DNA of 64,000 bases from Oikopleura dioica. Taxonomy: Eukaryota > Animalia > Chordata. Location: assembly GCA_907165135.1 (NCBI GenBank), contig OU015570.1, positions 2,377,929-2,441,928 of the forward strand, read 5' to 3'. The first letter of the stretch is position 1; every line of letters starts with the position of its first letter. Both the position numbers and the translations under genes were made by a program. Under the pieces are notes generated by a model, which did not search any database, was not told the DNA's origin, and saw only the letters and a list, made by a program, of their open reading frames with translations. Below are positions 25,109 through 36,440 of the stretch, one piece after another.

Positions 25109-27332
25109 TTATTTATCTTCAAATCTTTTTTATTTATTATTGAAATTTTTGCCTTTCATATCTTCGCAAAGTGAAGATTTTCTCGTTCGAAATCTACTGC
25201 CAATTAATTCTTTTATCAGAATATTCACCACTGAAAACTGCCAAATAAAAACGGAAACGAAGAAATTTTATATTATTTTTCCCTTATTTAGATGTAAATT
25301 TGAGCCCCAATAGTTTCGGGGATTCCCGTCATGGTTTTCCATAATGGTCAACCGGTGCGCAAGCGTGTTCCTACTGGAAAACGTTTATCACACCGCCCCG
25401 CGAAGGTAAGATTGATTTAAGTTTCAAAATGATCCAATCTGATCTAAAAACCGATAATTTTCAAATTTTACCGAGAAAAAAACCGATTATATAACGACGA
25501 CAACGATAAGAATAATTCAAATCATTTAAATTTTGAATTGGCAAAGGAAAAGAGCCAAAACCGGAATTATTTTCTATTGAAACCGATAAAAATCCGATAA
25601 AAAGTCCGAAATCTGAAAATCCGGCTCGATAAAACAAAAGAGCTGGTCAAGAGGATTCCAAAAAGGTATGATACTCCCCGGGTTTAATGTAAAGTTTTTC
25701 CGGGAATCGAAAAGAAAATCTGCCCAATTAAATTGAAAGCCCACCTAAGTTCTATAAGTCTTGATTCATTTCAGAGTTGACAAAAGAGTACCTTGACTAT
25801 CTACAAGATTCATTTTGGAACCGCAGTTTAATTAAATGGTGAAAGAATACTTGAATCATTTTATATCGTCTACTAAAGGACTCATTTTGGGCGTATCACA
25901 CGTGATATGTCCAGTTAGTAGGAAATTATATGTTTTCAAATTTGCCATCATTTATTTTGTGGCGGTGGCGGCGGACTAAATAAAAGCGTTGAAAATCTTG
26001 GAGCATTTTATAGTCGTTGTTGTCTTCAGGGCTCGATTCGCTTTTCAGAGAGCTTGACAAGATATCTCTCGATTCATTTTACAATACGATTTCGACTGCC
26101 TAAAATTAGAAAAAGTTAGAGTTAGAGCTAAAATAATTTTAATCAGTCATTTCGGTACAGTAGAGTATGTTTATACTGATTGCATTTTATAAAGGGAACA
26201 TTGCAGGAAAATTTTTGCTAGCATTTTATTATAGGTTATATTGGTCGCTTTGCGGAGGATTTTTTTGTCAGCATTTTATTGCCACGAGAAGTAGAGTAAA
26301 GATATTTGACACATTTAATGGATCGGGTTGAAAACGGATAGTACGTTCTTCAAAGGGTTTCATTTTAAACAAATGCCTATCGTAAGGATATCAAGACTCT
26401 GGGGTCATTTTATGTGTCTAATGCGTAGAGATTGTACCAAAATTGGCTTCATTTTAAGAGGGCGACTGAAAAAGAGCCTTATGAACAAAACGCTTCATTT
26501 TATGAAATGGGGGCTTCGAAGAGGCTTATTGAGGGAAGCGTTTCATTTTACGAATATGGGCGCGTGGAAAAGGCCTCATGAATAAAAAGCTTCATTTTAA
26601 TATTAGAAAAATTTCCTTAAAAATGAACTTAACGCTGAACGAAACGTTTCATTTTATATTATCAAGAATCATTTTATTCGTTGTCGGGGATTTGCACTCA
26701 AGTTTCCTTGCGTTTCATTTTATAGTCTACAGAACTTAAAGTATACTGGTCTGTTAGATTTAGCTTCATTTTAAACCCTTTTTCTTTAATAAATGACATA
26801 CTATTGGAATCATTTTAAATGCGCCAGTAGATTTCAGTGCAATAATTTTTGCAGGTTCATTTTAAAAACGTCGATTGAATCTCATTTTCGTGTAGAACAT
26901 TTAGAATCATTTTAAAAACGGGCAGTATGGAACGATTAACAAACAATGTTTAGTATCATTTTACTGTTTTGATTTTTGATCAAATTAAAGTCCATTTTGA
27001 AACATTTTGACGCGTATTGTTGAGAATCATTTCAGTTCAACTAATGAAATTACTAAAAATTTGGAATCATTTAAGCAAAGTTGCAAAACCTAAGTCCCAT
27101 AGCTGATACAGAATTTCATTTTATAAACATAGATCTTTCACTCTTTCTCACTTTCTAAAATCTCTCGGCGTCTCTCTTTTTGCAGATCTCTCATTCTAGT
27201 CTCTTTCTTTTGCTTTCGGATCTCTTTTCCTTCAAGTCATTTTGATGAAAAGTTGTCAAAGTGGCCCACATTTATGCTCCCCAATATTGCGCCCTCAGCG
27301 AAGAACCCTCCATTGATTTTTCTTTTTAGCCG

Positions 27333-29851
27333 TTGCCGACTCCCCACTACGACCAGCTGCTGGATCCGAGCAATCGCAAGGTAATCCCTATTCATTGTCG
27401 ATTTTCCGGAAACAAGTCTTTAGACCTTGAAATCGCGGCCCAGCATGTTGCTTCCGCGGCTGCCGATACAAGCGACGCGCTCTCATCGGTTATCGAGGCT
27501 GGGCAATCAATTCTGCTCGACGAATCGATGGACAGCTTCCACAATCCACCACCTCGACGAAGCTCCTCTCTTCGCGATCCTGCTCCCTTCAACGCCTCTT
27601 CTGGCAACACCACTGGACCCAACAGCTCGTCCTCCTCCGCCGAAAAGACCGTCACCCTCCCACATGTGCGAAACCAATGGGTTAACGAAGGCTCCACTCT
27701 CGTCGAAGAACCCGTTGCTCGCCCAAACGACAACACTACCAGCGCCGTCCCCACCAGCGACTGCTCCTGCGAAGAAAAGTCGCCCAAGCTTCCCCAGAAG
27801 CGCAACTGGGAAATGGATGGATCGACTGATCCTGAGAATCGCCCCCGAAAGCGATTCCAAGACGGCCGCGCTCCTCCCACCAGCTCCAGCGACGACAGTG
27901 TCAACGACACCGATTATCTGCTCGTAATGGGCGCTCCAGGTGCTGCTGAAAAAGCCCAAGAAAAGGCCAAGAGACGTGCTACTGCTGCTGCTCACGCTCG
28001 AGCTTTGAAGATTGTCGAATCTTCCTACCGAGCGTTGGCTCCTTCCGACGGCGACTCCTCTCAACCCGACAGCGACGATTTCGATGGCGTGCTCAACAAG
28101 AGCGAGCCCCGTCGAGTTGTTGTCAACACGAGCGAGGAGAACGACACACCCAACAACTCTCCTGACAGCGACGGCAGCGAGGAGCCCATGCGCACCACCA
28201 ACTTTGACCCCTTTGCAAACAGGGGCGAAAGAGGGCTGGACTTGCGATGGCTCAACAAGCACGATCGCGTTGTCGTCCGCCAGCCTCACCGAAGACCTTC
28301 CGAAGACGCTTCCGGCTCGGACAACGTGTCAATGGAGGTCCACACGTCCGAGTGGAGCGACTCTTCTGCTGCTGGAGCCTTCCTTGGACATCCCACCTCC
28401 TCCTCCTCCTCCTCCTCGCCCCCGTCTGACAGCAACAGCACGCCCAACGCCAGCACCGTTGCCAACGTTGGCACCGTTCTCGCCGATGTCATCGAGGAAA
28501 TGGCCGAATCGATCATGGACATTTCGGATCTGTCAACCTTGACAGATCCCGAGACTCCCACCAACGCTCAGCCCCCACTCGGAAATGGGCTCTCACCCGC
28601 GATGATGGCTGGCGCTCTTACCGGCCTTTGCGACAACGGATTTATCCGTAATATGTCGCCAAAAAAATCGGCTCCGCTCGCTTCTCGATCAAAGGGCCCG
28701 CTTAGCCCTGTTGAAGTGGTCTTGGTTCGCCAGATGGATTCCTCGTCGTCTGGCTACAGCTCTGGCTCAAAGAGCGGCGAAGAAGAGCGAGAGCTGATGG
28801 ACGTGGACCCGATTCTCGCGATCAAGGAGCGAGCTCTTCTTGGCGGCGAAAGCTCAAGCTCCTCCGACGAGCCCACCACCAGCAGTTACAACACCAGCTC
28901 CTCCTTCCCAACTGGCTCTTCTTTTGAGCCCAGCTCAATCAGCGGCAACTCCAACGGCAACTCTTCCTCCAACGGCAACTCCTCTTCCAGCGGCAACTCC
29001 TCCTCCAACGGCAACTCCTCCTCTTCCAACGGCAACACCTCCACCAGCGGCAACTCCTCCTCAAACGGCAACTCCTCCTCAAACGGCAACTACTCTCCCA
29101 ACGGCACCGGCAACACCTTCAAAGGTTCCATCGTCACCGTCTTTGACGAAGTCGATGTTGGCGCCGACCTTGGCGAAACAACCATCGTCGCGCCAGCCAC
29201 GCCTGCTAACCGATCTGTCGTCACCGTACCTGGCGGCAGCGTCGCTGCTCCCGACGAGAGCGTTTTTGTTGGCGGCGCCGACGTAAGCGGCATTTCTGGC
29301 GTCGAGCCCCTCAACGCCACCGGCACCGGCCCTTCTCCCAACGCCACCGTCCTCAACGGCAGCGGCAACGGCACCAACGGCAACTCCACCAACGGCAACT
29401 CCACCAACGGCAACGGCACCTACACCGAGCTCCGATCCGGCGAGAACGGTCAGATTGGCGAGCAGGGCAACATTGTCCTTCGGGCGTACCGACGGGATGG
29501 AACTTTGGGCCGGCCAACCGACTTCAACACCCCGCGAATCTTTCGCATTGAAAGCTTTGTCGAGCCGCCACACAAAGGTACTTTCCATCAAGATAATTTA
29601 AATCGAGAACTTTTAATCAAATCATTTTAATCAAAACTTTCTTAATCAAAATTTAGCTCCGGCCGACGCGACCCCCTTCCAAAAGCAGCTGGTCTCCCTC
29701 AAGAACAACCTCGCCGAGATCTACCTCAACCACGACAACTTCCGCGAGGAATTGGCGAATGGAGAAGTTGGGGCGTTGATCCTCGTCAAAGACGAAAATG
29801 GGCGTGTGACCGCGTTCAAGAATAACATTGTCTTGCAGCGACGAAATTAAC
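27333..29851 (+). CDS. large S/N/G-rich intrinsically disordered orphan protein (>800 aa)
   Basis: 765-codon open exon plus an in-frame second exon after an intron starting at about 29578 (HK|APADATPFQKQL...QRRN*); NGNSSS repeats; start codon uncertain. Confidence 0.75.
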
Positions 29852-29964
29852 GGTTTAAACTCCACGGGAGTCTGTTTTCAAAAATAAATTCAATTAATCT
29901 TTCATATAAAATGCAACTGATTCTTGATATTGATTGCATTTACGAGTGTCTGAGTCGAGCAGAG

Positions 29965-30375
29965 CAGGGCTAGAAAGCGGAGCGAAAAATTAGAGTAGAA
30001 ATCGGAGCGAAAATTAAGAGTAGAAATCGGAGCGAAAAATTAGAGTAGAAATCGGAGCGAAAATTAAGAGTAGAAATCGGAGCAAAAATTAAGAGTAGAA
30101 AGCGGAGCGAAAAATAGAGCTAGAAAAGTAGAGCTTGAAAAATAGAGCTAGAAACTTGCGAGTAGAAAATGGAGCGAAACTTAGGAATTAAAAACTCACG
30201 AGTAGAAAATGGAGCGAAAAAAATTAGAGCCAGAAAAGCCGAGAGCCAATTTTAAAAAATCTCGAAATTCCAGAGAGCCGCCTCGAAATTCCATAGAGTC
30301 GCATCGAAAATCCAGAGAGCCGCCTCGGAAATCCAGAGAGCCGCCTCGAAATTCCATAGAGTCGCGTCGAAAATT
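29965..30375. repeat. two adjacent minisatellites (25-26 bp AGTAGAAATCGGAGCGAAAA unit; about 21-bp CCAGAGAGCCGCCTCGAAAT unit)
   Basis: Visible tandem units between Polinton accessory genes. Confidence 0.8.
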
Positions 30376-30961
30376 CATATTTTTGGAAAAAGAGCCAGTT
30401 TCAAAAGTGCAAGCTTGCAAAAAGCACAATTCCAAGAGTCACCATGCATTTTTTGAAATTCAAATCTAGGTTGAGTTTTCCCTTTTCGCAAGATTTCGTC
30501 AGATTTGTACTTTCGAGAATTGCTCTGGGTTCGTTTCTTGATGGCGCCCGAATACAAAATTACGAAAAAGGCCACATTCCGATGCTTATCAAAGTCCGGA
30601 TGTTCCCAAGGTCAAATTCTGCTGAGAGAAAACTGCTGATCGAGAGAAAGACTGTGCCGACTGTTATCAATTTTGTGGCGCCTTTGACTCTTTGCCCCCT
30701 CTTTCTTTGATAATTGCCGCGTCACTAACATGTTCACTTTCAGCGTGAACATTTCGAATTTGGAAAATTGGTGGTTGCGGCTCCGTCGCAACATCAAGAG
30801 AGCCTTCGTCTACCCGTATCCGTCCATGTCACTTGGATCGTAAGTACCAGAAAATTTTGAGACTAGAAATTGTGACTAGTAATTAGCAAAATTAAAATTA
30901 ACTATTAACTAAATAAAACTAAAATTGCAAATTTAGCCACACATCCACTTCATCCCTGTCC

Positions 30962-31341
30962 ATGCCAGACGAAGAGCGCGACTTGGACATGTCGAATTCG
31001 TCGATGGCTAACCAGCTCGCGGATACGCTTCAGGCGAATGCGGAGCAATTCCAGCGACAGCTTCCTGCCCGACACCCTGACCCACGCCGACTCTTCATCT
31101 CCCTACTCGATCATCAAGAGATCACGGTCGAGAAGTTTATCATCGTGGCCCACCTCAGCGGATTTCGAGTAAGTTTATTTTGAAACAAAAGAAAATTGGC
31201 ATTTTATTTTAGCGAGTCAACAACCTCATGTTGTTTTCCTGGTTTTTCGTCGGCTGCATCTTCACGGTGGCGGTGATGATATTGGTTCTTATGCTGTTTC
31301 CGGCTCGACGCCGCTGCTTAAGCGGACGCTTCGCGCGCAGC
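30962..31341 (+). CDS. small single-pass membrane protein
   Basis: MPDEERDL...SGFR spliced (GTAAGT...TTTTAG) to RVNNLMLFSWFFVGCIFTVAVMILVLMLFPARRR: a hydrophobic helix followed by a basic stop-transfer. Confidence 0.6.
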
Positions 31342-31425
31342 GTGATTGGTTAGTTTATTTGGCGCAATTGCGCTTAAAAATCATTTAGCGCCACCCGCTG
31401 GCAACTTGTCAATTTCTGTCCCCCG

Positions 31426-31798
31426 ATGGATTTTGGCCTCGACGACTTTGGCTTTGTCAACGACCTCGTCAACGGCCTCGTCAACGGCACCGCCACCAAC
31501 CTCACCGCCATGAACCTCACCGCAAACTCCAGCGTCGCCAACTTTGCCACCTCCAACGACACCCTTTTCATCTACGACGATGAAGATTTCGGCTCCGGCG
31601 ACTTTGGCTCCGGCGACTTCGGCTCCGGAATGGACGTCGTCTTCGAGTCCTTTGGCTTCGACGAATCCGACGGCGACTACAAGGGCGAGCTCTTTTTCGA
31701 CATGGTTGTCGGTAAGTTTAAACTTGATTGAAACTAAAATTGAAACTAAAATTGAAATTTTAGGATCGCTCGAAGCCGCTTTTCGAGCCTTTTGGTAA
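31426..31798 (+). CDS. acidic DFG/SG-repeat protein with N-glycosylation sequons
   Basis: DEDFGSGDFGSGDFGSG; NGT/NLT/NLT/NSS/NDT sequons; one intron from about 31713 gives the C-terminus VGSLEAAFRAFW*. Confidence 0.55.
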
Positions 31799-32091
31799 AA
31801 CGATCGCCTGAAACCCCTCCAAATTGTTCTTCCACGAATTGGCTTCTCCCTGTACATTGTCCCTGGTTAAAAACACCTCGTCTTCATCTATCATTCCATC
31901 ACTCAAGCTTTTCCTGACCTCGACTTCTTGATCCCTTTCTTATCATTTAGCCTTTCTTCTCGTTTAGCTTTATCATCTTTAGCGTTTCTTCTCGTTTAGC
32001 TTTAGCCTGTATCATCATCTCTCTGTTTTAACCCTGTTCCAAATTTCTATCCCTTTAATTAGAGCTCTTGTGAAAAATTAAAAATTTCAGG

Positions 32092-33293
32092 ATGTCGAAA
32101 TCGGCCCAGAAAATGAATGCCAAGCCAGATCTCTCGACAGTGACCGAAGAGTCGACAATTGTCGGCTCTGATGATCCAGAGAAATTCTACGCCCGCATCG
32201 ATCCGCCATCCAAGCCGCCACCGCCGCGCCCGCTCAAGACTCCAGCGGAATTCGCGCCGCCGCCGCCGCCGCCGCCGTCGTTCAAGAAGCCTCCGCCACC
32301 GCTCCAAAAGCCGCCCGATGCGCAGAAAAAGCCCGACGCCGAGACACGAGAGCCCGTACGGGAGCCCAAGCACAAAGTGTTCATTCGGGATCCTGTGCAC
32401 ATTTGTCGGAGCTCGGAATCTAAGCCTCTCATCGAAGCTCCGTCTCTGAGCGTCATCGGCCACTGCGGCGATCGACAGGTAGTGCCCCCTTTTAAGTGAG
32501 CAAAATCAAAGCTCAACTTCTAACGGAGCATTAAGGATCCGCGAGAGCTCAACGACTCTAGCGATGATGATGAGCAGCCAAATCGGTACCAGCATCAGTT
32601 CCGGAACTCGAGCCGCGCAAGACGACGAGGGCGATTTGGATCTTGCGGACGACCAGCTGCTGCTCTCAAACAGGTAAATTTTTTCAATTTTGCAAAAAAC
32701 TTACTTTTGACAAGGACAACGACGACTTGGACGCCCTTGCCGACCAATTTGTTCGATTTGGCGTGGCACGATCATCTCCTAAACGTCCACAACCTCCACC
32801 TCGCCCGTCTGTTGACCGGCAACGACTGCTCGCCGAAAACGCCAAGGTTCTCACCGAAGCGGAAAGCGCTCGAGAAGCAATGGCGAGCGCTCAAATCAAA
32901 CCTCCACCCCCGCCGCCGAGTGCCTACTTTGGCACCCCGGTAAGTTTAGACACGGGTGCTTTTGCTGACTTTTACTTTTAGGATGACGAGATCGATGCTT
33001 TCTTTGTCCGCGACAATCCCGAGCGCGCGTTTGTCAGCGGACTTGCCAAGACAAACCATCACCGGCTCCTGAATTTCAAGCCGTCGCTGAAGATTGCATG
33101 CGCCGACGATCCCACCGCGATCAGCAAGAACAAGTTCCAACTCCAGGTGGTCACCACGCATCGAATCAAGATCCTCGGAGGGCAAGGGCTGCTCGACATG
33201 ACGCAGAAGTCGACAACAACTACGCCAATCAACTGGGACGGAAGTTTGCAGCACACCAGCAGCGTCCAGCGAATCAACAACTACTACAACTAG
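32092..33293 (+). CDS. Pro-rich orphan protein (4 exons)
   Basis: Poly-Pro tracts; three GT-AG introns join in frame (DRQ|DPRE, LKQ|DNDD, GTP|DDEI). Confidence 0.65.
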
Positions 33294-33432
33294 TTCCCCT
33301 GCACCTGCTCTTCCACTGCTTTTGCTAGTTTAGTCGACTGTGCGCAAAAAAGCTCGCCAACTTGGCTCGCCAACTTGGCTCGCCAACCTGGCTTGAGCTA
33401 AAATTTTAGCTAAAATTACAATTTTAGAAAAA

Positions 33433-34212
33433 ATGGGTCGCAAAAAAGCGACCGAATACGTTTGCGAGGCCGTTGCTCGAATCGACCGCGATGCCCGGAA
33501 GATCAAGACCGTCGTAAAGACAACTACGAGCCGCGTCTTGCGTCGTAAGTTCAAGTTTCGAGGGGCCCCTTATTTACTTTAAGCCTTTCGATCCGAGGGA
33601 ATCGTTTCCTCAGCAGCCCGGCTATCGCTCCGAGATCGTCCGTCGACTAGCGCACCATCGGGCTCAAGTGAAGGCTCGACAAGCTCATCTCCGCCTCGAA
33701 CGCGACGCGCTTCAACTGGCGCAATTTCTCGCAAGAAAAGTGCCCTTGACGTCGTTTCGGATGTCGTTGACACTGCGTCCAGTAAGTCTAAATTTGTAAA
33801 AACCTGTTAACATGAATTTTTAGAATTTCTGTCAAATCAGAATTTGGTAACAGTTGGCGCCCGGATCAAAGATGTCGAACTTCACGCCAGCTATGCGACT
33901 CGTCCGACTTTTCCTGCACCTCTTCCGCCTTATTTCAGCCCCTACCAGTACCCGTACCCGTCTTCGCGTCCCACTTCGGCGCCTCCTTCTCCGCCTGACT
34001 CTCGTGCTCGTTCTCTGCAGAGTTCTCCCATTTACCCACCCGCTTACCACACCCTTTCTCATACGAGTTCTTTTTCGAGTTCCCGTACGGGTTCCCTTAC
34101 GGGTTCCCATATGGGTTCTCCTTCGATTTCTCATGCGGGTTCCCGTGCGGGTTTTCCCGACTACTGTCCAATCTATCCCCCACTCCCGCCGTTTGATCAA
34201 TTTCATCGATAG
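33433..34212 (+). CDS. basic / Ser-Pro-Tyr-rich orphan protein (3 exons)
   Basis: MGRKKATEY... follows a TTTTAG acceptor; two GTAAGT introns; C-terminal YPYPSS and GSxxGS repeats. Confidence 0.55.
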
Positions 34213-34256
34213 TCAATCCCCCCGCCCCACCTTACCGTAAAATTTATTCTAGAGCG

Positions 34257-36058
34257 ATGGAGAGTCCGCTAGATGTCTCGCCTGTTAGAGTTCGGCGCTC
34301 TAAAAGAAACTGCCGTAAAAAGGAGCAGCCCCGCACCAAATCCGGAAAACTGTCTGCAGCGATGTCGGAGCCAATCCGAAAAACCGGCAAATACAACCGA
34401 AGAGGCAAATTTAACCAAATCTGGCATCAATAACGATTTTTTAGTGCTCTACTCGGCCGATCAGCCCATCTACGGATCTCGTGGCCGCCAAAACGGTAAT
34501 TTATCGCCAAAAAGCTTTATCTCATCAAAAATTTAGTAGACCCGCCAATCGAAAGGCCAACTCGACGACGAAGTCAGGGCCACCCCCGAATTCCTCTCTA
34601 CCAGCAGCGGCTGCGACGAAACGACTCGCCAGCACGCCGTGAGCAGCCTCGGCGCCAGCAGCCCCAGCGCCAGCAGCCTCTGCGCCAACAACCTCTGCGC
34701 CAACAACCCCAGCGTCAGCAACGCGAGCAGCCACAGCGACAGCAGCCCCAGCGCCAGCAGCCACAGCGCCAACAGCCCGAACGCCAGCAACGCCAACAGC
34801 CCCAACGCCAGCAGCCACAGCGCCAGCAACGCGAGCAACGCCAGCCTTCTCCAGCTCGACAAGCGTCTCCAGAGCCAGCTCGACAACCGTCTCGACAACC
34901 GTCTCGACAACCGTCTCGACAACCGTCTCCGCAGCCCGCTTCCCCGCTCCCTCGACAACCGTCTCCGAATACAGCGCCGACTACAGCTCCAGCGCCGACT
35001 CGAGCGCTCACTGGTGCCGAGCGGTATCCAAACGTGGCTCGCTGGCTCGACTCGCAAGAGGATCCCGAGCCCGACTTGGTCCCAATCAATTCCGTCAAGC
35101 GATGGAGCATCGCTTCTAACCTCAACTCGATTGTCGATGACAATCTGAGCGCAGAGGGCCTCACCGGATGTCTCAAGGGCACAAAGCTGGCCAAGTTGCT
35201 CAAGGGGCTCCCAATCACCGACAAGCCGGTCCACGTCTTCAACTGGCTTCAGCTCGGCGCCTTCTTCCCCAAATTCAAAGTCGTCGACGGATACTTGACG
35301 ATTTCGTCGCTGCGAATCTGGGCAAGTCTTTTCGCTCTTGCAAAATTTTAAAGTGGCAATTTAGATTGATTTGCCGAGCGAAGGCTGGTCATTGCTCAAC
35401 GTTGAAGACGCCATCAACTCGCAAACCGCCCCCAAAATCTACAAGCACGTGACGACTGCTCCGTTGGTGGCTCATCCCTGGCCCGACTGGCAAATCGACG
35501 ATCTCGCCAACGTCAAGGCGGCCTATTTGCTCGTCGCCGGCTTCATTCCCTGCGCCACCATTCCCGAATACGACCCGGGAGCCATTCGATGGAATCAAAT
35601 GGTAAGATTTTCAATTTGCGACAAGAAATTAACAAATTTCAGGAGTGCCGAATGTCTGGCACTATCAAGCCGATCCAAAAGAAGCTCCTCCGCTACAATT
35701 TGGAGCTCAAGCTCTATCAGAGCGCCATCAGCGAAAACGAAGAGCAAATCCGCTCTTCGAAAGAAAACAACGACCCTTCCGGTGAGCGAGAGCGCTTCAA
35801 AACGCTCTTTAAAGTTCTCCGCGGCCGCGACGCTCGCTCCGTCAACGAAGTGCGCCGAATCGACGAGCCCATCTTGTGGGCCATTGGCAGCACCGCCCGC
35901 TCTTTTGAACACCTCGTCGGCTGGCTCCCAAAGCGCGCAATGGCGCAAAATCTTCTCGCCGCAAATGCTGCTTCTCGACCCACCGAGTCCGACGCCTTTT
36001 GCACTTTGGTAAGTCGATCAAAAGAGCCAAATTCTAATCAAAGTTGTAGTTCAACTAG
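34257..36058 (+). CDS. Q/R/P-repeat orphan protein with a globular C-terminal region (about 530 aa, 5 introns, two GC-AG)
   Basis: Introns 34405-34444 (GC-AG), 34496-34536, 35322-35364 (GCAAGT donor), about 35602-35642 and about 36010-36049 all keep one frame; QRQQP and SRQP repeats. Confidence 0.7.
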
Positions 36059-36440
36059 CTGCCGCCGTCGCCACTTTCGTCGCCGCCGCTGCTGCACTCG
36101 CCGCCGATAAAAGTGCCATCCCCACTACTAACCCAACCCGACGTACTAACATGCACCCATCACTCAAAACATTTTCCTGCCCGTTTTTCAATTGATACTT
36201 TTGTGCTTTTAAATTTTCGCTTTATTTGACTGTTTAAGATTTAGTTTCTGCTTCAAACTTTCCTTCAAATTTAGTTTTGCTTCGATTCCGTTTCCTTCAA
36301 ATTTAGTTTTGCTCCTAGATTCCGCTTGTTTCAAATTCGTAAAACTAGCTTTAAATTGTTCAAACTTGTGCCACTCTTTCTCAAACACTCAATCTAGACC
36401 ACTCAATTGTACTTGCGCTCTAATCAAAAATTTTAGAATT

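Larger units (their letters stand above)
21784..25745 (+). mobile_element. autonomous-looking DNA transposon, Sola-like DDD transposase, TAA TSD
   Basis: About 48-bp imperfect TIRs GGTG(C/G)GCTTTCAATTTAATTGGGCAGA; TAA on both flanks (21781-21783 and 25746-25748). Confidence 0.9.
21288..27125. repeat. periodic motif-spacer array (TTCATTTT core, about 46-nt period, unique spacers), split by a nested transposon
   Basis: About 12 motifs in 21288-21783 and about 30 in 25749-27125. Spacings read by hand: 44,42,46,46,45,51,45,45,48,53; 46 across the excised transposon. Confidence 0.85.

Noticed and set aside
21784-25745. Assignment to PIF/Harbinger or Zator from the TAA TSD
   Set aside because: The transposase lacks their motifs as I recall them, and no second Myb-like ORF was seen.
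21288-27125. Calling the motif-spacer array a CRISPR array
   Set aside because: The repeat core is only about 9-10 nt and non-palindromic, there are no cas genes and the context is eukaryotic. Kept as an unexplained array instead.
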